A stretch of DNA of 64,000 nt from Malacoraja senta (lineage: Eukaryota). The notes under the pieces are model-generated. The model saw nothing but the letters and a program-made list of their open reading frames with translations. It had not been told where the DNA came from and ran no database searches. Location of the stretch: assembly GCA_038087875.1 (NCBI GenBank), contig CM075990.1, positions 3,970,001 through 4,034,000 of the forward strand, in the 5' to 3' direction. Of the stretch, positions 49,360-62,204 are shown one piece after another; the first letter of the stretch is position 1; each line of letters opens with the position of its first letter. The translations under genes were made by a program, and so were the position numbers.

Positions 49360-50961
49360 CAGTGCCCTCCATAATGTTTGGGACAAAGACCCATCATTTA
49401 TTTATTTGCCTCTGTGCTCCACAATTTGAGATTTGTAATAGTAAAAAAATCACATGTGGTTAAAGTGCACATTGTCAGATTTTAATAAAGGCCATTTTTA
49501 TACATTTTAGTTTCACCATGTAGAAATTACAGCAGTCTTTATACATAGTCCCCCCCCCCCCCCCCTCCCCATTTCACGACACCATAATGTTTGGGACACA
49601 GCAATGTCATGTAAATGAAAGTAGTCATGTTTAGTATTTTGTTGCATATCCTTTACATGCAATGACTTACTGAAGTCTGCGATTCATGGACATCACCAGT
49701 TGCTGGGTGTGTTCTCCGGTGATGCTCTGCTAGGCCTGTATTGCAGCCATCTTTAGCTTGTTTTGGGGGCTAGTCCCCTTCAGTTTTCTCTTCAGCATAT
49801 AAAAGGCATGCTCAATTGGGTTCAGATCAGGTGATTGACTTGGCCACTCAAGAATTGAGTTTTTAGCTCTGAAAAACTCCTTTGTTGCTTTAGCAGTATG
49901 TTTGTGATCATTGTCTTGCTGTAGAATGAACCGCCGGCCAATGAGTTTTGAGGCATTTGTTTGAACTTGAGCAGATAGGATGTGTTTATACACTTCAGAA
50001 TTCATTATGCTACTACCATCAGCAGTTGTATCATCAATGAAGATAAGTGAGCCAGTACCTTCAGCAGCCATACATGCTCAGGCCATAACACCCCCATCTC
50101 TCCTCCATACTTTGCTCTTGCCATCACTCTAATATAAGTTAATTTTCGTCTCATCTGTCCACAAGACCTTTTTCCAGAACTGTGGTTGCTCTTTTAAGTA
50201 CTTCTTGGCAAATTGTAACCTGGCCATCCTATATTTGCAGCTAACCAGTGGTTTGCATCTTGCAGTGTAGCCTCTGTATTTGTTCATGAAGTCTTCTGCG
50301 GACAGTGGTCATTGACAAATCCACACCTGACTCCTGAAGAGTATTTCTGATCTGTCGGACGGGTGTTGTTGTTTTTTTCTTTATTATAGAGAATTCTTCT
50401 GTCATCAGCTGTGGAGGTCTTCCTTGGCCTGCCAGTCCCTTTGCGATTAGAAAGCTCACCAGTGCTCTCTTTCTTCTTAATGATGTTCCAAACAGTTGGT
50501 TTTGGTAAGCCTAAGATTTGGCTGATGTCTCTAACACTTTTATTCTTGTTTCTCAGTCTCATAATGGCTTCTTTGACTTTCATTGGCACAACTTTGGGCC
50601 TCATGTTGATAAACGGCAATAAGTTTCCAAAGGTGATGGAAAGACTGGAGGAAAGACTAGGTGCTGAGAGCTCTCTTATACCTGCATTAAGGAGGCATTT
50701 AAACACACCTGAGCAATTACAAACACCTGTGAAGCCATGTGTCCCAAACATTATGGTGCCCTGAAATGGGGGGACTATGTATAAACACTGCTGTAATTTC
50801 TACATGGTGAAACCAAAATGTACAAAAATGGCCTTTATTAAAATCTGACAATGTGCACTTTAAACACGTGATTTTTTAAATATTACAAATCTCAAATTGT
50901 GGAGTACAGAAGCAAATAAACAAATAATGGGTCTTTGTCACAAACATTATGGAGGGCACTG
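49360..50961 (-). mobile_element. Second, decayed Tc1-like transposon (different family)
   Basis: Long TIRs CAGTGCCCTCCATAATGTTTG... with inner repeat CCATAATGTTTGGGACACA; frameshifted transposase at about 49631-50604 (GRPRKT, QQDNDHKH, SPDLNPIE); TA kept only on the right. Confidence 0.9.
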
Positions 50962-51920
50962 TATCTAGGCTTTAAAAATATCCATTGACTTGACCTCCAC
51001 AGCCTTCCGTGGCAAAGAATTCCACAGATTCACCACCCTCTGACTAGATAAATTCCTCATCTCCTTTCTAAAGGAACATGTTTTAATTCAGAAGCTATGA
51101 CCCCTTGTCCTGGACTCTCCCACTAGAGGAAACATCCTCTCCACATTGGATGGTAGTTTATGGTAGTTCAGTTCAGTTTAATGTCACGTGTACCTCGGTA
51201 CAATGAAAAGCTTTTGTTGCGTGCTATCCAGTCAGCAGAAAGACAATACATGATGACAATGGAGCCATTTAGTGTATAGATACATGATCAGGGAATAACG
51301 TGTTTAGTGCAAGGTAAGGCCAGCAAAGTCCGATCAAGGATAGTCTGAGGGTCTCCAGTATTGGGCAAGAGAAGCAGGGTGGTGCATGAGGCAGCGATCA
51401 TAGATGGTGCGGTGCAAAGAGCGGTGGTGGAAGTGGTACACAGAGTGCGAACTGAGATTGCGAACTCGGATGACTTGCCGCATAGTGAAATGCTTGGATA
51501 GAGTGAATGTGGAGAGGATGTTTCCACTAGTGCGAGAGCCTAGGACCAAAGGTCATAGCCTCAGAATTAAAGGATGTTCCTTTAGGAAGGAGATGAGGAG
51601 GAATTTCTCTAGTCAGAGGGTGGTGAATCTGTGGAATTCTTTGCCCTAGAAGGCTGTGGAGGCCAAGACAATGGATATTTTTAAGGCAGAGGTAGATAGA
51701 TCCTTGATTAGTATGGGTGTCAGAGGTGATGGGGAGAAGGCAGGAGAATGGGGTTAGGAGGGAGATAGATCAGCCATGATTGAATGACGGTGTAACTAGA
51801 TGGGCCGAATAGCCTAATTGTGCTCCTATCACTTATGACGTGTTTGGTGTTTCAGACGCGTCGCCCTAAACTCCTTGTCCGGGACCAGAGAACAATCACA
51901 CGTGTACACAAAAGTCGACG

Positions 51921-51926
51921 TTTATT
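51921..51926 (-). promoter_or_regulatory. Candidate MARCHF8 polyadenylation signal (3' UTR about 2.6 kb)
   Basis: AATAAA on - at the end of AT-rich unique sequence, just before LINE-derived DNA. Confidence 0.5.
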
Positions 51927-52070
51927 GGGAAACTATGCAACAATGTATTAGACGGCACGTTTAATACTGTACTGTGAAAAAGAACAATGAGATACAAAAC
52001 TATACATTTGAAACACCATACGTGATGCACCAGAAATTCCTTTCACCCGACTAGTTTACTAGGTGGTGTC

Positions 52071-52374
52071 ACTACCCGCGTGGCACTGTGCCACACATGA
52101 ACAGCAGCGGGCAACTACCCGCGTGGCACTGTGCCACACATGAACAGCAGCGGGCAACTACCCGCGTGGCACTGTGCCACACATGAACAGCAGCGGGCAA
52201 CTACCCGCGTGGCACTGTGCCACACATGAACAGCAGCGGGCAACTACCCACGTGGCACTGTGCCACACATGAACAGCAGCGGGCAACTACCCGCGTGGCA
52301 CTGTGCCACACATGAACAGCAGCGGGCAACTACCCGCGTGGCACTGTGCCACACGTGAACAGCAGCGGGCAACT
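52071..52374. repeat. 43-bp minisatellite, 7 near-perfect copies
   Basis: Unit ACTACCCGCGTGGCACTGTGCCACACATGAACAGCAGCGGGCA at 52071, 52114, 52157, 52200, 52243, 52286, 52329. Confidence 0.97.
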
Positions 52375-53908
52375 GCTCAAAAGATTCCTCAGATTTACCA
52401 ATCATAATTTGTTTCTCAAAGTAAAAGCACAAAATTGAAGTCCAGGCTTGTTCCACTTGTGGCGACGGTTCTGAAAGTTTAGTATCTCCTTTCTCTCACC
52501 CTCACTGGCTGCGTTGTGGTTGAAAAAGATAAACTGCGAGGTTTCCTCTTCGATAAATCGTTTTGTTGCGAAAACGTATTGTTGGAATGGCTTGACGGAA
52601 ATGGCAAAAGACAAATGCATGGGTGCGTGGAAACATTCGGTAGCAGACGGGGGGGGGGGGGGGGGGCGCCACTTCGTGGATGCCTTGGTGGAATGAGCCG
52701 AGTTTGATCCCTAAAACAGACACATGTTGTAACTCCGACCCTTGGGGTTGGCATCGGTCACAACTGCTTCTTGGTCCCGTGCGAGCAGAGACACACACAA
52801 ACACACACACACACACTCGGCTTGCTTACATTCGCAAGACGGCCTGACCCGATCCTACTGCGTCTGTGGTCCGAAACTTGGGCGTGGAGCGAGCATAGAA
52901 ATTTAGAAACTTTAGACGTGAAAAAAAAAGCTGCTAGTTTTATAAATAGAAAATAAACGCTACTTTGAAATTTTATATCAACCTATAGAAGCAGTAGTAC
53001 CAATGACCCTTTCCTATGCTGCTTACAACATGCGTATAAAAGCAAAGCTGGCCTGGGACCAGGCTCCCCTAGTGCATCTTCTTAGTAACATTTCTAATAA
53101 ATAACTTTATCCCAAAAAAATATCAGATTGTTCCCAAACATGGAACTATTTAGAAAACATAAAACGCTTAACAAAATAAAGCCAGTGGAATAATTGCACT
53201 TTGCGATGTAGCTGGGATGACTGCTGTGGAGATTCGATAAGAATCCTCTAAAATGATAACTGAAAATAATATTCTGCGTATCCTGTATAAGAAGGAACTG
53301 CAGATGCTGGTTTACACCGAAGATAGACACAAAATGCTGGAGTAACTCAGCGGGACAGGCAGCATCTCTGGAGAGAAGGAATGGGTGACGATTCAGGTCA
53401 GAACCCTTCTTCAAACTGAATCTTCAAACTTAAGTTACAGGATAACCAGGAAAAAAGGAATCGGTGACATTTCGGGTCGGAACCGTTCTCCAGGCTGAAA
53501 ACTCGGTCTGTGGATGGTTTCCGACCCGAAACCTCACCAATTCCTTTTCTCCTGGTATCCTGTAGTTTAATTTTCACTGGTCCATGAATAACATTCTTTT
53601 CTTTGAAAACTAGTTTGATTTCTTCAATACAAAGGTAAGTCAGGAAAGGGATTTTCATACAATTGGATTTCAAGCTAAACATTTTGTCACAAAACATGTA
53701 GCTTTAGGGAAATTTAGTTGAAAGTGCTTATTTGCTACTGAACTCAAATATTTCCAATAATGTTCTTTTTTGTGTTGCAGAGTCGGCCATTGTATGGGAT
53801 CATACTGATGGCAGCGAGTTGTCACTGGTTCTCTGGGTGTCCCTGTCGAAAGAGGCGGTTTCTAAATATCAGAACCTGTGCCACTGGCTGTGACAAGACT
53901 TCAGGGGT

Positions 53909-54352
53909 AGAGACAGAGAAAGAGACAGAGGGACAGAGCGACAGACACAGAGAGAGACAGAGAAAGAGAAAGAGAGAGACAGAGACAGAGAGAGAGACAG
54001 AGAGACAGAGAGACAGAGAGACAGAGAGACAGAGAGACAGAGAGAGACAGAGAGAGACAGAGAGAGACAGAGAGAGAGAGACAGAGAGAGAGAGACAGAG
54101 AGAGAGAGACAGAGAGAGAGATACAGAGACAGAGAGAGACAGAGACAGAGAGAAACAGAGAGAGACTGAGAGAAACAGAGAGAGACTGAGAGAGACTGAG
54201 AGAGAGAGACAGACAGAGAGAGACAGAGAGAGACAGACAGAGAGAGACAGACAGAGACAGAAAGGTAGAGAGAGAGATAGACAGAGAGAGAGAGATAGAC
54301 AGAGAGAGACAGAGAGAGAGACAGAGAGAGACAGAAAGAGAGACAGAGAGAC

Positions 54353-54385
<33 letters not shown>

Positions 54386-54515
54386 CAAATAGACAGTGAT
54401 AGAAACAGACAGTCAGAGATAGAGATGGACAGACAGTTGGCGTCAGAGAGAGACAGACAGACTGTCAGAGATTGAGACAGACAGACAGTAAAGAGAGGTG
54501 GACAGACACACAGAC
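53909..54515. repeat. (GA)n/(GACA)n purine-rich microsatellite in the MARCHF8 3' UTR
   Basis: Direct reading. Confidence 0.95.
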
Positions 54516-54546
54516 TGAAGAAGAGATACCCCGTGGTCTGTAAACG

Positions 54547-54851
54547 TTAGACATTGAGTATTCCCAGTCCATGGTCCTCGGGCTCGGTGCAATGCAGAGA
54601 GTTGAAACTTGAACACTGCAGTGAGGGAGCTTGCTTGTTCTCACAACTTTGCTCCATTGGAGGTGGTTTCTCCGCTACGCTCTTCCTGCTGGTCTCTGGG
54701 CAGTTCTGCACGTATATCACCCTGTTGTACGCCTTCAGTCTCTTCCACAGCTGTATGTACACTTTACACTGGACGTACATGAACACAAGTCCACCAATGA
54801 ATCCAATGGCCACAACCACCAGCTTAGTCCAAAACGGCCACTCTAAAATAC
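54547..54851 (-). CDS. MARCHF8: MARCHF8 last coding exon, TM2 and tail ([53 protein letters not shown]...ILNV*)
   Basis: ccacag| acceptor, phase 1; same frame as ORF 54547..54819. Confidence 0.95.
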
Positions 54852-55565
54852 CTGTGGAGATAGGTCGGGACAGTTCAGGATTATCACTTCACTGTGAGAA
54901 CAAGGAGAAAATAAATCAACTATTTGTTCTTATGCATGACATGCTTTACTTTTAGTACTTTATTTTAGACACAACGTGGAAACAGGCCCTTCGGCCCACC
55001 AAGTCCATGCCGACCAGCGATCCACCCGTACACTTGCGCTATCCTACACTTGAAACAATTTACAATTTTACAGAAGCCAATTAACCTACAAACCTGCACG
55101 TCTTTGAGATGTGGGAGGAATCCGGAGCACCCGGAGGAGACCCACGCGGGTCACAGGGAGAACGTACAAACTACTTACAACAGCGCCCGTTGTCAGGATC
55201 GAACTCGGGTCTCTGGAGCTGTGAGGCAGCAACTCTTCGGCTGTTCCACCCTGCTCCTGATCTTTGCTTAGCCGGAAACAGTAGACACAAATAGCTGGAG
55301 TAACTCAGCGGGTCAGACAGCATCTCTGGTCGAGATCCTTCTTCAGACTGCTAGCTCTCAACTTGAAAACTGCCAGTGCTATTAAATCCCATTGCAGGCT
55401 TGCTGTTCCCAGCCCATGTGCCCTCTTCACCTACAACCCACCAACGCATCTGTCTTTCTGTTTCTGGTCTCAAGCACCCTTGAATTTATTGTTCCTTCAC
55501 CTACACCAGCCAAAGCCCCAAGCTCTGGAATTCTCTCTGCTTCACCACACTGACTGTTGTACAGT

Positions 55566-55699
55566 GACAGACCCGTCTCCACCAGTACTGTAGCCCAGTG
55601 TTATACAACGACAGACCCGACCCCACCAGTACTGTACCCCAGTGTTATAGAACGACAGACCCGACCCCACCAGTACTGTACCCCAGTATTATAGTGACA
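55566..55699. repeat. 44-bp tandem repeat, 3 copies
   Basis: GACAGACCCGACCCCACCAGTACTGTACCCCAGTGTTATA... Confidence 0.85.
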
Positions 55700-56608
55700 A
55701 AAGGAGAAACATCATTTCCACATCCACTAAGGACCCCCCCCCCCTCAGGATCTAAACCATTCACATCACCGTCCTCTCTCCCCCCCCTCAGGCAGGGTTT
55801 GGAAGAGCTCCAGGGCGTCACGATGACCCTAAAGGGAACCAGAGCTCTCCCCAGCACATTCCCACACATCCTCTCCAAGCAGACAAGCAGCACAGAGTCC
55901 AGGTCCAAATCCAATCTATCCCACATTGAATCAAGGAGCTGCAGATGCTGGTCTACCAAAGAAAGACACACAGTGCTGGAGTAACTCAGCGGGTCAGGCT
56001 GCAACATCCCTGGATAGGTGACGTTTTGGGTCGGGACCCGTCTTCAGCTTGAAACCCGAAATATCACCTTGTCCCTGAATGCTGGGCTGCGCCCCCTCGC
56101 TCCCTGCTGAGAATCTGGCCGGTCAGTCAACTATGTGGCTGCTAACAGGGCGGCCCGGTGGCGCAGTGGGATTGTTGCTGTCTTACAGTGCCAGAGACCC
56201 GGGTTCGATCCTGACTACGGGTGCTATCTGTACAGAGCTTGTTTGTTCTGTCGGTGACCCGCGTGGGAATATCTCCGAGATCTTCGGTTTCCTTCCACAC
56301 TCCAAAGACGTACAGGATTGTAGGTTAATTGGCTTCGGTAAAATTGTAAATTGTAGGATAGTGTACGTGTGCAGGGATCGCTGGATGATGCGGACTCGGT
56401 GGGCTGAAGGACCTGTTTCCGAGCTGCATCTCTAAACCAAACTAAACTCAAACACAGTGGCTGTTTATTCACCACAGACAAGCCTAACGCTAAAATCAGG
56501 ACCCCACTCCACTCAGAAAATGTAATCAAAGGTCATTTCCAGATGACAGACGTCGGCATGGGTAATGGTCTTTGAGGGTCAGGTGCACAACAGGAGGGGT
56601 GTACCTAC

Positions 56609-56756
56609 CGTTGGTCTGGCCTTGTTTAATCTCCTCGGCTGTTCTGTCAATGAGGACGTATAATGACCACACCACGCAGGTGATTGCAATGATATGGAAC
56701 GTGACTGAGCACAGGATCTTCCTCCTCTCACCCGCCGTCATCTGCAACTTCTCCCA
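56609..56756 (-). CDS. MARCHF8: MARCHF8 exon with TM1 ([49 protein letters not shown])
   Basis: acacag| ... ACG|gtaggt; 148 nt. Confidence 0.95.
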
Positions 56757-57557
56757 CTGTGTAAGGAAGGTAAACAGTATCAGGCCGTGCATGCACCGCC
56801 AACTTCACACGTTACAAATGGCCCCTCTCTCAGCTTTGCTAGGAGACAGCTTTCACTCCCACTCCTGGGCTGCAACTAGACCCTGCTCCATACCGAATTT
56901 GTGTAGGAAGGAACTGCAGATGCTGGTTTAAACCGAAGATAGACGCAAAATACTGGAGTAACTCAACGGGACAGGCAGCATTTCTGGAGAGAAGGAATGA
57001 GTGGCGTTTCGGATCGAGACCCTTCTCTCCAGTGATGCTGCCTGTCCCGCTGAGTTACTCCAGATTTTATGTGTCTATCTTCCATACTGGATTTGCATGC
57101 TCTCTAGATTAGTTTAGTTTAGAGATACAGCGCGGAAACAGGCCCTTCGACCCACGAGTCTGCACCGACCAGCGATCCCCGCACACTAACGCTATCCTAC
57201 ACACACTAGGGACAATTTACATCTATGCCAAGCCAATTAACCTACAAACCTGTACGTCTTTGTTGAGTGGGAGGAAACCGGAAAAAGCCCACGTGGGTCA
57301 CCGGGAGAACGTGCAGACGCCATACAGACAGGCGCCCGTGGTCAGGATCAAACTTGGGTCTCTGGAGCTGTAAGGCAGCAACGGCCTCTGGAGCTGTAAG
57401 GCAGCAACGCTACTGCTGCGCCACCGTGCCGCATCATAGAGTCATACAGCATGAAAAGAGGCCCTTCAGCCCAACTCATCCATGACAACCAAGATGCTCC
57501 ATCTAAGCTAGTCTCATTTACCTGCATTTGACTCCTATCAATCTACACCGTTCCTAG

Positions 57558-58143
57558 CAAAGATCCTATAGCGAGCAAGATAGTGCACTCCTGCTAAAAC
57601 CAATGGGCTGACGTGTAGTACGCTACGGAGCGGAACGTCAGCCTTTTCATCGGCCATTTTAGTAACCCGACCCAACTTTGTAAATCCCTCTCGCAGTGTA
57701 ATCAGCGTTGCAGGGGAACAGTTTGTGTGTGTGATATAGTGTTAGACCCATTATTCATAATTCTGTTAATTCATAATTCTGCTATTTTTTGTTAATGATT
57801 AATATGTCACTAAATTATAATTCAGTTAATTTTTTTTTAATTTAATTTTATTTTTTTAAAGTTTTTTTTTTAATTTCTTTTTAAATGGCTCATGTGCTGT
57901 GTTTGAGTTGATATTTGTATTAAACTTGCACTCTGTCATTCATTTGATCACACTGTTCACAACTGCGGTATTTGGTAAAATAATAGCAACATGGAGATTC
58001 CAGTTGCTATAGGATCTTTGGATAGGAGTGCGGAGACGGAAGCCGGTTACGGAAATGGGGCCGGAGATTACCCATGAATCTGCCCACGACCCTACTACGT
58101 CTTTTTCGTCGAGCGGGCTATCTGGCTTGCTCTAGGATCCTTG
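57558..58143. mobile_element. Non-autonomous DNA transposon with 8-bp TSD (P- or hAT-superfamily)
   Basis: GTTCCTAG duplicated at 57550-57557 and 58144-58151; imperfect 33-bp TIR CAAAGATCCTATAGCGAGCAAGATAG; splits a CR1 3' fragment. Confidence 0.8.
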
Positions 58144-58989
58144 GTTCCTAGTCCTGCACCTCCCCGAATATCTTTCAAATGTGTGATTGTACCTGCCTCA
58201 ACTACCTCCTCTGACAGCTTGTTCCATATCCCCGCCAAATATGGAAAAGACATCCCACGGGTTCCTATGTTAAGAAGGAACTGCAGATGCTGGAAAATCG
58301 AAGGTAGACAAAAATGCTGGAGAAACTCAGCGGGTGAGGCAGCATCTATGGAGCGAAGGAATGGGTGACGTTTCGGGTCTCGACCCGAAACGTCACCCAT
58401 TCCTTCGCTCCATAAAGATATAATAGGGTTCCTATTATATCTTTTCCTTCTCTCCTATGCCCTCTCAATCTTGGTTTTCCAACCCTCGATAATGTGTGCT
58501 CATTCACTCTCTACGCCTCATATGATTCTATACACCTCTCTCTCTGATCATCCCTCAGACACCCATGGAATAAACTCCTAACCTGGCCAACCCCTCCCCA
58601 CTACTCAGTCCTGCAAGTCTTGCCACCATCATCTTAAATCACTTCTCCAAAGCCTCCACATCCACTCAATATCCTCCACAACTTTGGTCTCCCTCACACG
58701 CCCATCCCTTTGATTCATTTGCCTCCAAACAGCACAGTAATAACACAGCTACCTATTAACCAACCACCCACGCACTTTGGGACATGAGGGGAAACTGGAG
58801 CACCTGGAGGAAACCCAGACCACCACAGGGAAAACACGTAAACTCCACACAGACAGCACCCAAGGTTAAGGACAAACCCGGTGTTTGGAGCTATGAGGCA
58901 GCGTTACCAGGTGACGAAGTTCCTCCAGAACTTACAAGCATCTTGCCAGGACTCGAGGACCTGAGCTAAAGGGGGAGGTTGAGGCTAGG

Positions 58990-59565
58990 ACAATAGACAA
59001 TAGACAATAGATGCAGGAGTAGGCCATTTGGCCCTTCGAGCCAGCATCGCCATTCAAAATGATCATGGCTGATCATCCCCAATCAGTACCCAGTTCCTGC
59101 CTTCTCCCATATCTCCTGACTCCGCTATTTTTAAGAGCCCTATCTAGCTCTCTCTTGAAAGCATCCAGAGAACCTGCCTCCACCGCCCTCTGAGGCAGAA
59201 AATTCCACAGCCTCGCCACTCTCTGTGAGAAAAAGTGTTTCCTCGTCTCCGTTCTAAATGGCTTACTCCTTATTCTTAAACTGTGGCCCCTGGTTCTGGA
59301 CTCCCCCAACATCGGGAACATGTTTCCTGCCTCTAGCATGTCCAAGCCCTTAACAATCTTATATGTTTCAATGAAATTCCCTCTCATCCTTCTAAACTCC
59401 AGAGTGTACAAGCCCAGCTGCTCCATTCTCTCAGCATATGACAGTCCCGCCATCCTGGGAATTAACCTTGTAAACCTACGCTGCACTCCCTCAATAGCAA
59501 GAATGTCCTTCCTCAAATTAGGGGACCAAAACTGCACACAATACTCCAGGTGTGGTCTCACTAGG
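58990..59565 (-). mobile_element. CR1 LINE 3' fragment (same subfamily)
   Basis: ORF 59073..59561 RPHLEYCVQFWSP...; (AGACAAT)n on +. Confidence 0.9.
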
Positions 59566-60477
59566 ACTTTCTTCCTTGGAGCGCAGGAGGCTGAGGGATG
59601 ATCTTATAGAGTTGTACAAGATCATGGGAGGAATAGATGGGGTAAATGCACAGTCTATTACCTATAGTAGGGGGAATCAAGAACCAGACAACCTAGGTTT
59701 AAGGTGGGAGAGGGTAAAGATTTAACAGAAACCCCAGGGACAACTTTTCCCATACAAAGAATGGTGGGTCTAGGGAATGAGCTGCTGGAGGAGGTAGTTG
59801 AGGACTATCACGATGTTTAAAAAACACTTGGACAGGTACATGGACAGGTATGGTTTACAGGGATATCGGACAAGCATTGGGCAGATGGGATGAGGGTAAA
59901 TGTGGCATTTTGGTTGGGTGGGCAAGTTGGGTCCAAGGGCCATGCTGTATGACTTGATGTTTCCAACTCCCCTATCAATGACAATCTTATAATCGTGGTG
60001 TAAAACCTGTACTAATTACAAACTACAGTCCACCACTGATTTTCCAGCACCCTTGGTTCCAGAACCTTTCTGGATTATCCGTTTTGCCAGACCCACAGAG
60101 GCGACGGCCTCCGAGAGGAGTCCAACGATACCAGAACGGTCCAGCTAGGCCAGCGTGGGGCCCAGATACCGGCCACGGAAGTCAGCTATGGGAACGGAGC
60201 TGCCGGGTCAGAGTTCCAGAGCCCCGGCCGCAGGGGGCAGATTCGATCTGCCGATCGGCTGAGGAAGTGTCGATGAGGTCGAGATCAGTCGCCTCACCCA
60301 GCCCAGGCGCCACATTTTCGGGGGGACTTCCAGGGTGAATTTCAAGTGCGCTTTTGTCCGGATTAAAGGAGGTGCTGGACTGCCAGTGGCCGGATAATCG
60401 TGTGGTGGGACCTGTACATGTGAGGCGGGAGGACATTGCAACATTCACTCAGCCCCGCGCGGCCGTTCCGTACGTAC

Positions 60478-60658
60478 TTTACGCAGTGGTTTTAACTTGG
60501 TCTCCATGATGAACTCGTATTTACAGAGCTCGCAGCAGCGCGTGTCCGAGCTCTTGACCCACTGCTGCAGACAGGCCTGGTGCACGTAGCGGAGGCTCCC
60601 GGTGCAGTGGCACGGCGTGATGAGTGGACCCTCATCATCTCCTTCGCAGTGGCATATT
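60478..60658 (-). CDS. MARCHF8: E3 ubiquitin ligase MARCHF8 RING-CH exon ([60 protein letters not shown])
   Basis: tgtgcag| ... AAA|gtacgt; 181 nt; C4HC3 RING-CH. Confidence 0.95.
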
Positions 60659-62204
60659 CTGCACAGAAGTAGAACAGGTCAATTGCAATCTCGCAGCACC
60701 CCAGACCAGTGGCTTCCACTCGACCAACATCAAAGCTACAACTCGTCGGAACGAGGAACTGCAAATGCTGACACAAAGTACCGGAGTAACTCAGCACGTT
60801 GTCCATGGATAAACTGCAGATGCTGGTTTACACCGAAGATGGACACAAAATGTGGAGTAGGTCCCATCCCCCCATCGTAGTCATCCTGCTAGTTTCACTG
60901 TTCATATCCCTTCGTTATCACCTCCTCCACAGCCAACAATGAACCATTGTGGGCTCCCTGGCCATCCCCGGCTCTGATTTGTTCTGTACCTTTTCGTACC
61001 TCTAGTTTCCCTCTCCCCTCACACAGTTTGGAGAAGGGCCTCGACCCGAAAGGTCACCTATTCCCTTTCTCCAGAGATGCTGCCTGACCCACTGAGTTAC
61101 ACCAGCATTTTATGGATAGGTAGCGTTTCAGGTTGGGACTCAGAAGGGTTCTGACCTGAAATGCAACCTATCCATGTTCTCCAGGGATGCTGCCTGACCC
61201 ACTGAGTTACTCCAGCACTTTGTGTGCTTTTTTTCTCAAGGAAAAACAAATTTGACTCCAAACCTGAATGGCCCGGTGAGAAGTTCCTTCTCTCGTCACT
61301 GTGACATGGGCACAAGAATGAGCTACAGTGCAAGCAGAGGAGGTGAGGGCTGGAGACACTTTCATCCAGTAACCCCTTTAGATGAAGCGTCCACTGTATA
61401 GGTCATAAAGTTCAAGAAGTAGAATTAGGCCATTCGGCCCATCAAGTCTACTCCGTCATTCAATCATGGTTGATCTATCTCTCCCTCCTAACCCCATTCT
61501 CCTGCCTTCTCCCATAACCTCTGACACCTGTACTAATCAAGAATCTATCTATCTCTGCCTTAATAATATCCACTGACTTGGCCTCTACAGGCTTTTGTGG
61601 CAAAGAATTCCACAGATTCACCACCCACTGACTAAAGACACGTCAGGAGTTTGTCACAATCTTCTGCTGCCAGGTCTGCAAACCGGATTTGCAAGGATTA
61701 TTTCAAGGGCTCGGGGAATACCAAGTCATGAGTTTAGAGAGGGCTAAAGTGGAAGTGATTAGGGATGTGAGAAGATGAAGTTTGGAGGGGATGTTTCGGA
61801 GCTAACAAAATCCAGTCGACAGAGACAGTATTTAATACAGCAGCGGATTCTCCTCACACATTCCAGCCCGGTGAAACAGCTTTGCATATTTCCGTGCAAG
61901 GTAGGAAGCCATTCGGCCCGTCCAAGTTATGCTGGGTCTCAGAGCAACCTTATTAATTCACCCCTCTCCCTGCAGTCTATTCTCACCCACATACTCTTCA
62001 CTATCTATAATGTAATAAATAAAGAACTGCAGATGCTAGTATATACCAAAGAAAGACACAAAATGCTGGAGTAACCCAGCGAGTCAGGCAGCATCTCTGG
62101 AGAAAGTGGATAGATGACTTTAGACTTTAAAGATACGGCGCGGAAACAGGCCCTTTGGCCCACCGAGTCAGCGCCGACTAACGATCACCGCGTACTAACA
62201 CTAT

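Larger units (their letters stand above)
54547..60658 (-). other. MARCHF8: MARCHF8 gene, last three coding exons (5' exons not seen in window)
   Basis: RING-CH domain, two TM segments and a C-terminus ending ...[27 protein letters not shown] and QACLQQW are MARCH8-like rather than MARCH1-like. Confidence 0.9.

Noticed and set aside
41600..51900. ALOX5, the human neighbour of the MARCHF8 3' end
   Set aside because: No lipoxygenase-like exons recognised on either strand.
52071..52374. Regular repeat array resembling CRISPR
   Set aside because: Units are contiguous and identical with no unique spacers; vertebrate context, no cas genes.
53760..54392. 210-aa RE/RD-rich ORF
   Set aside because: Translation of the GA-rich microsatellite in the MARCHF8 3' UTR.
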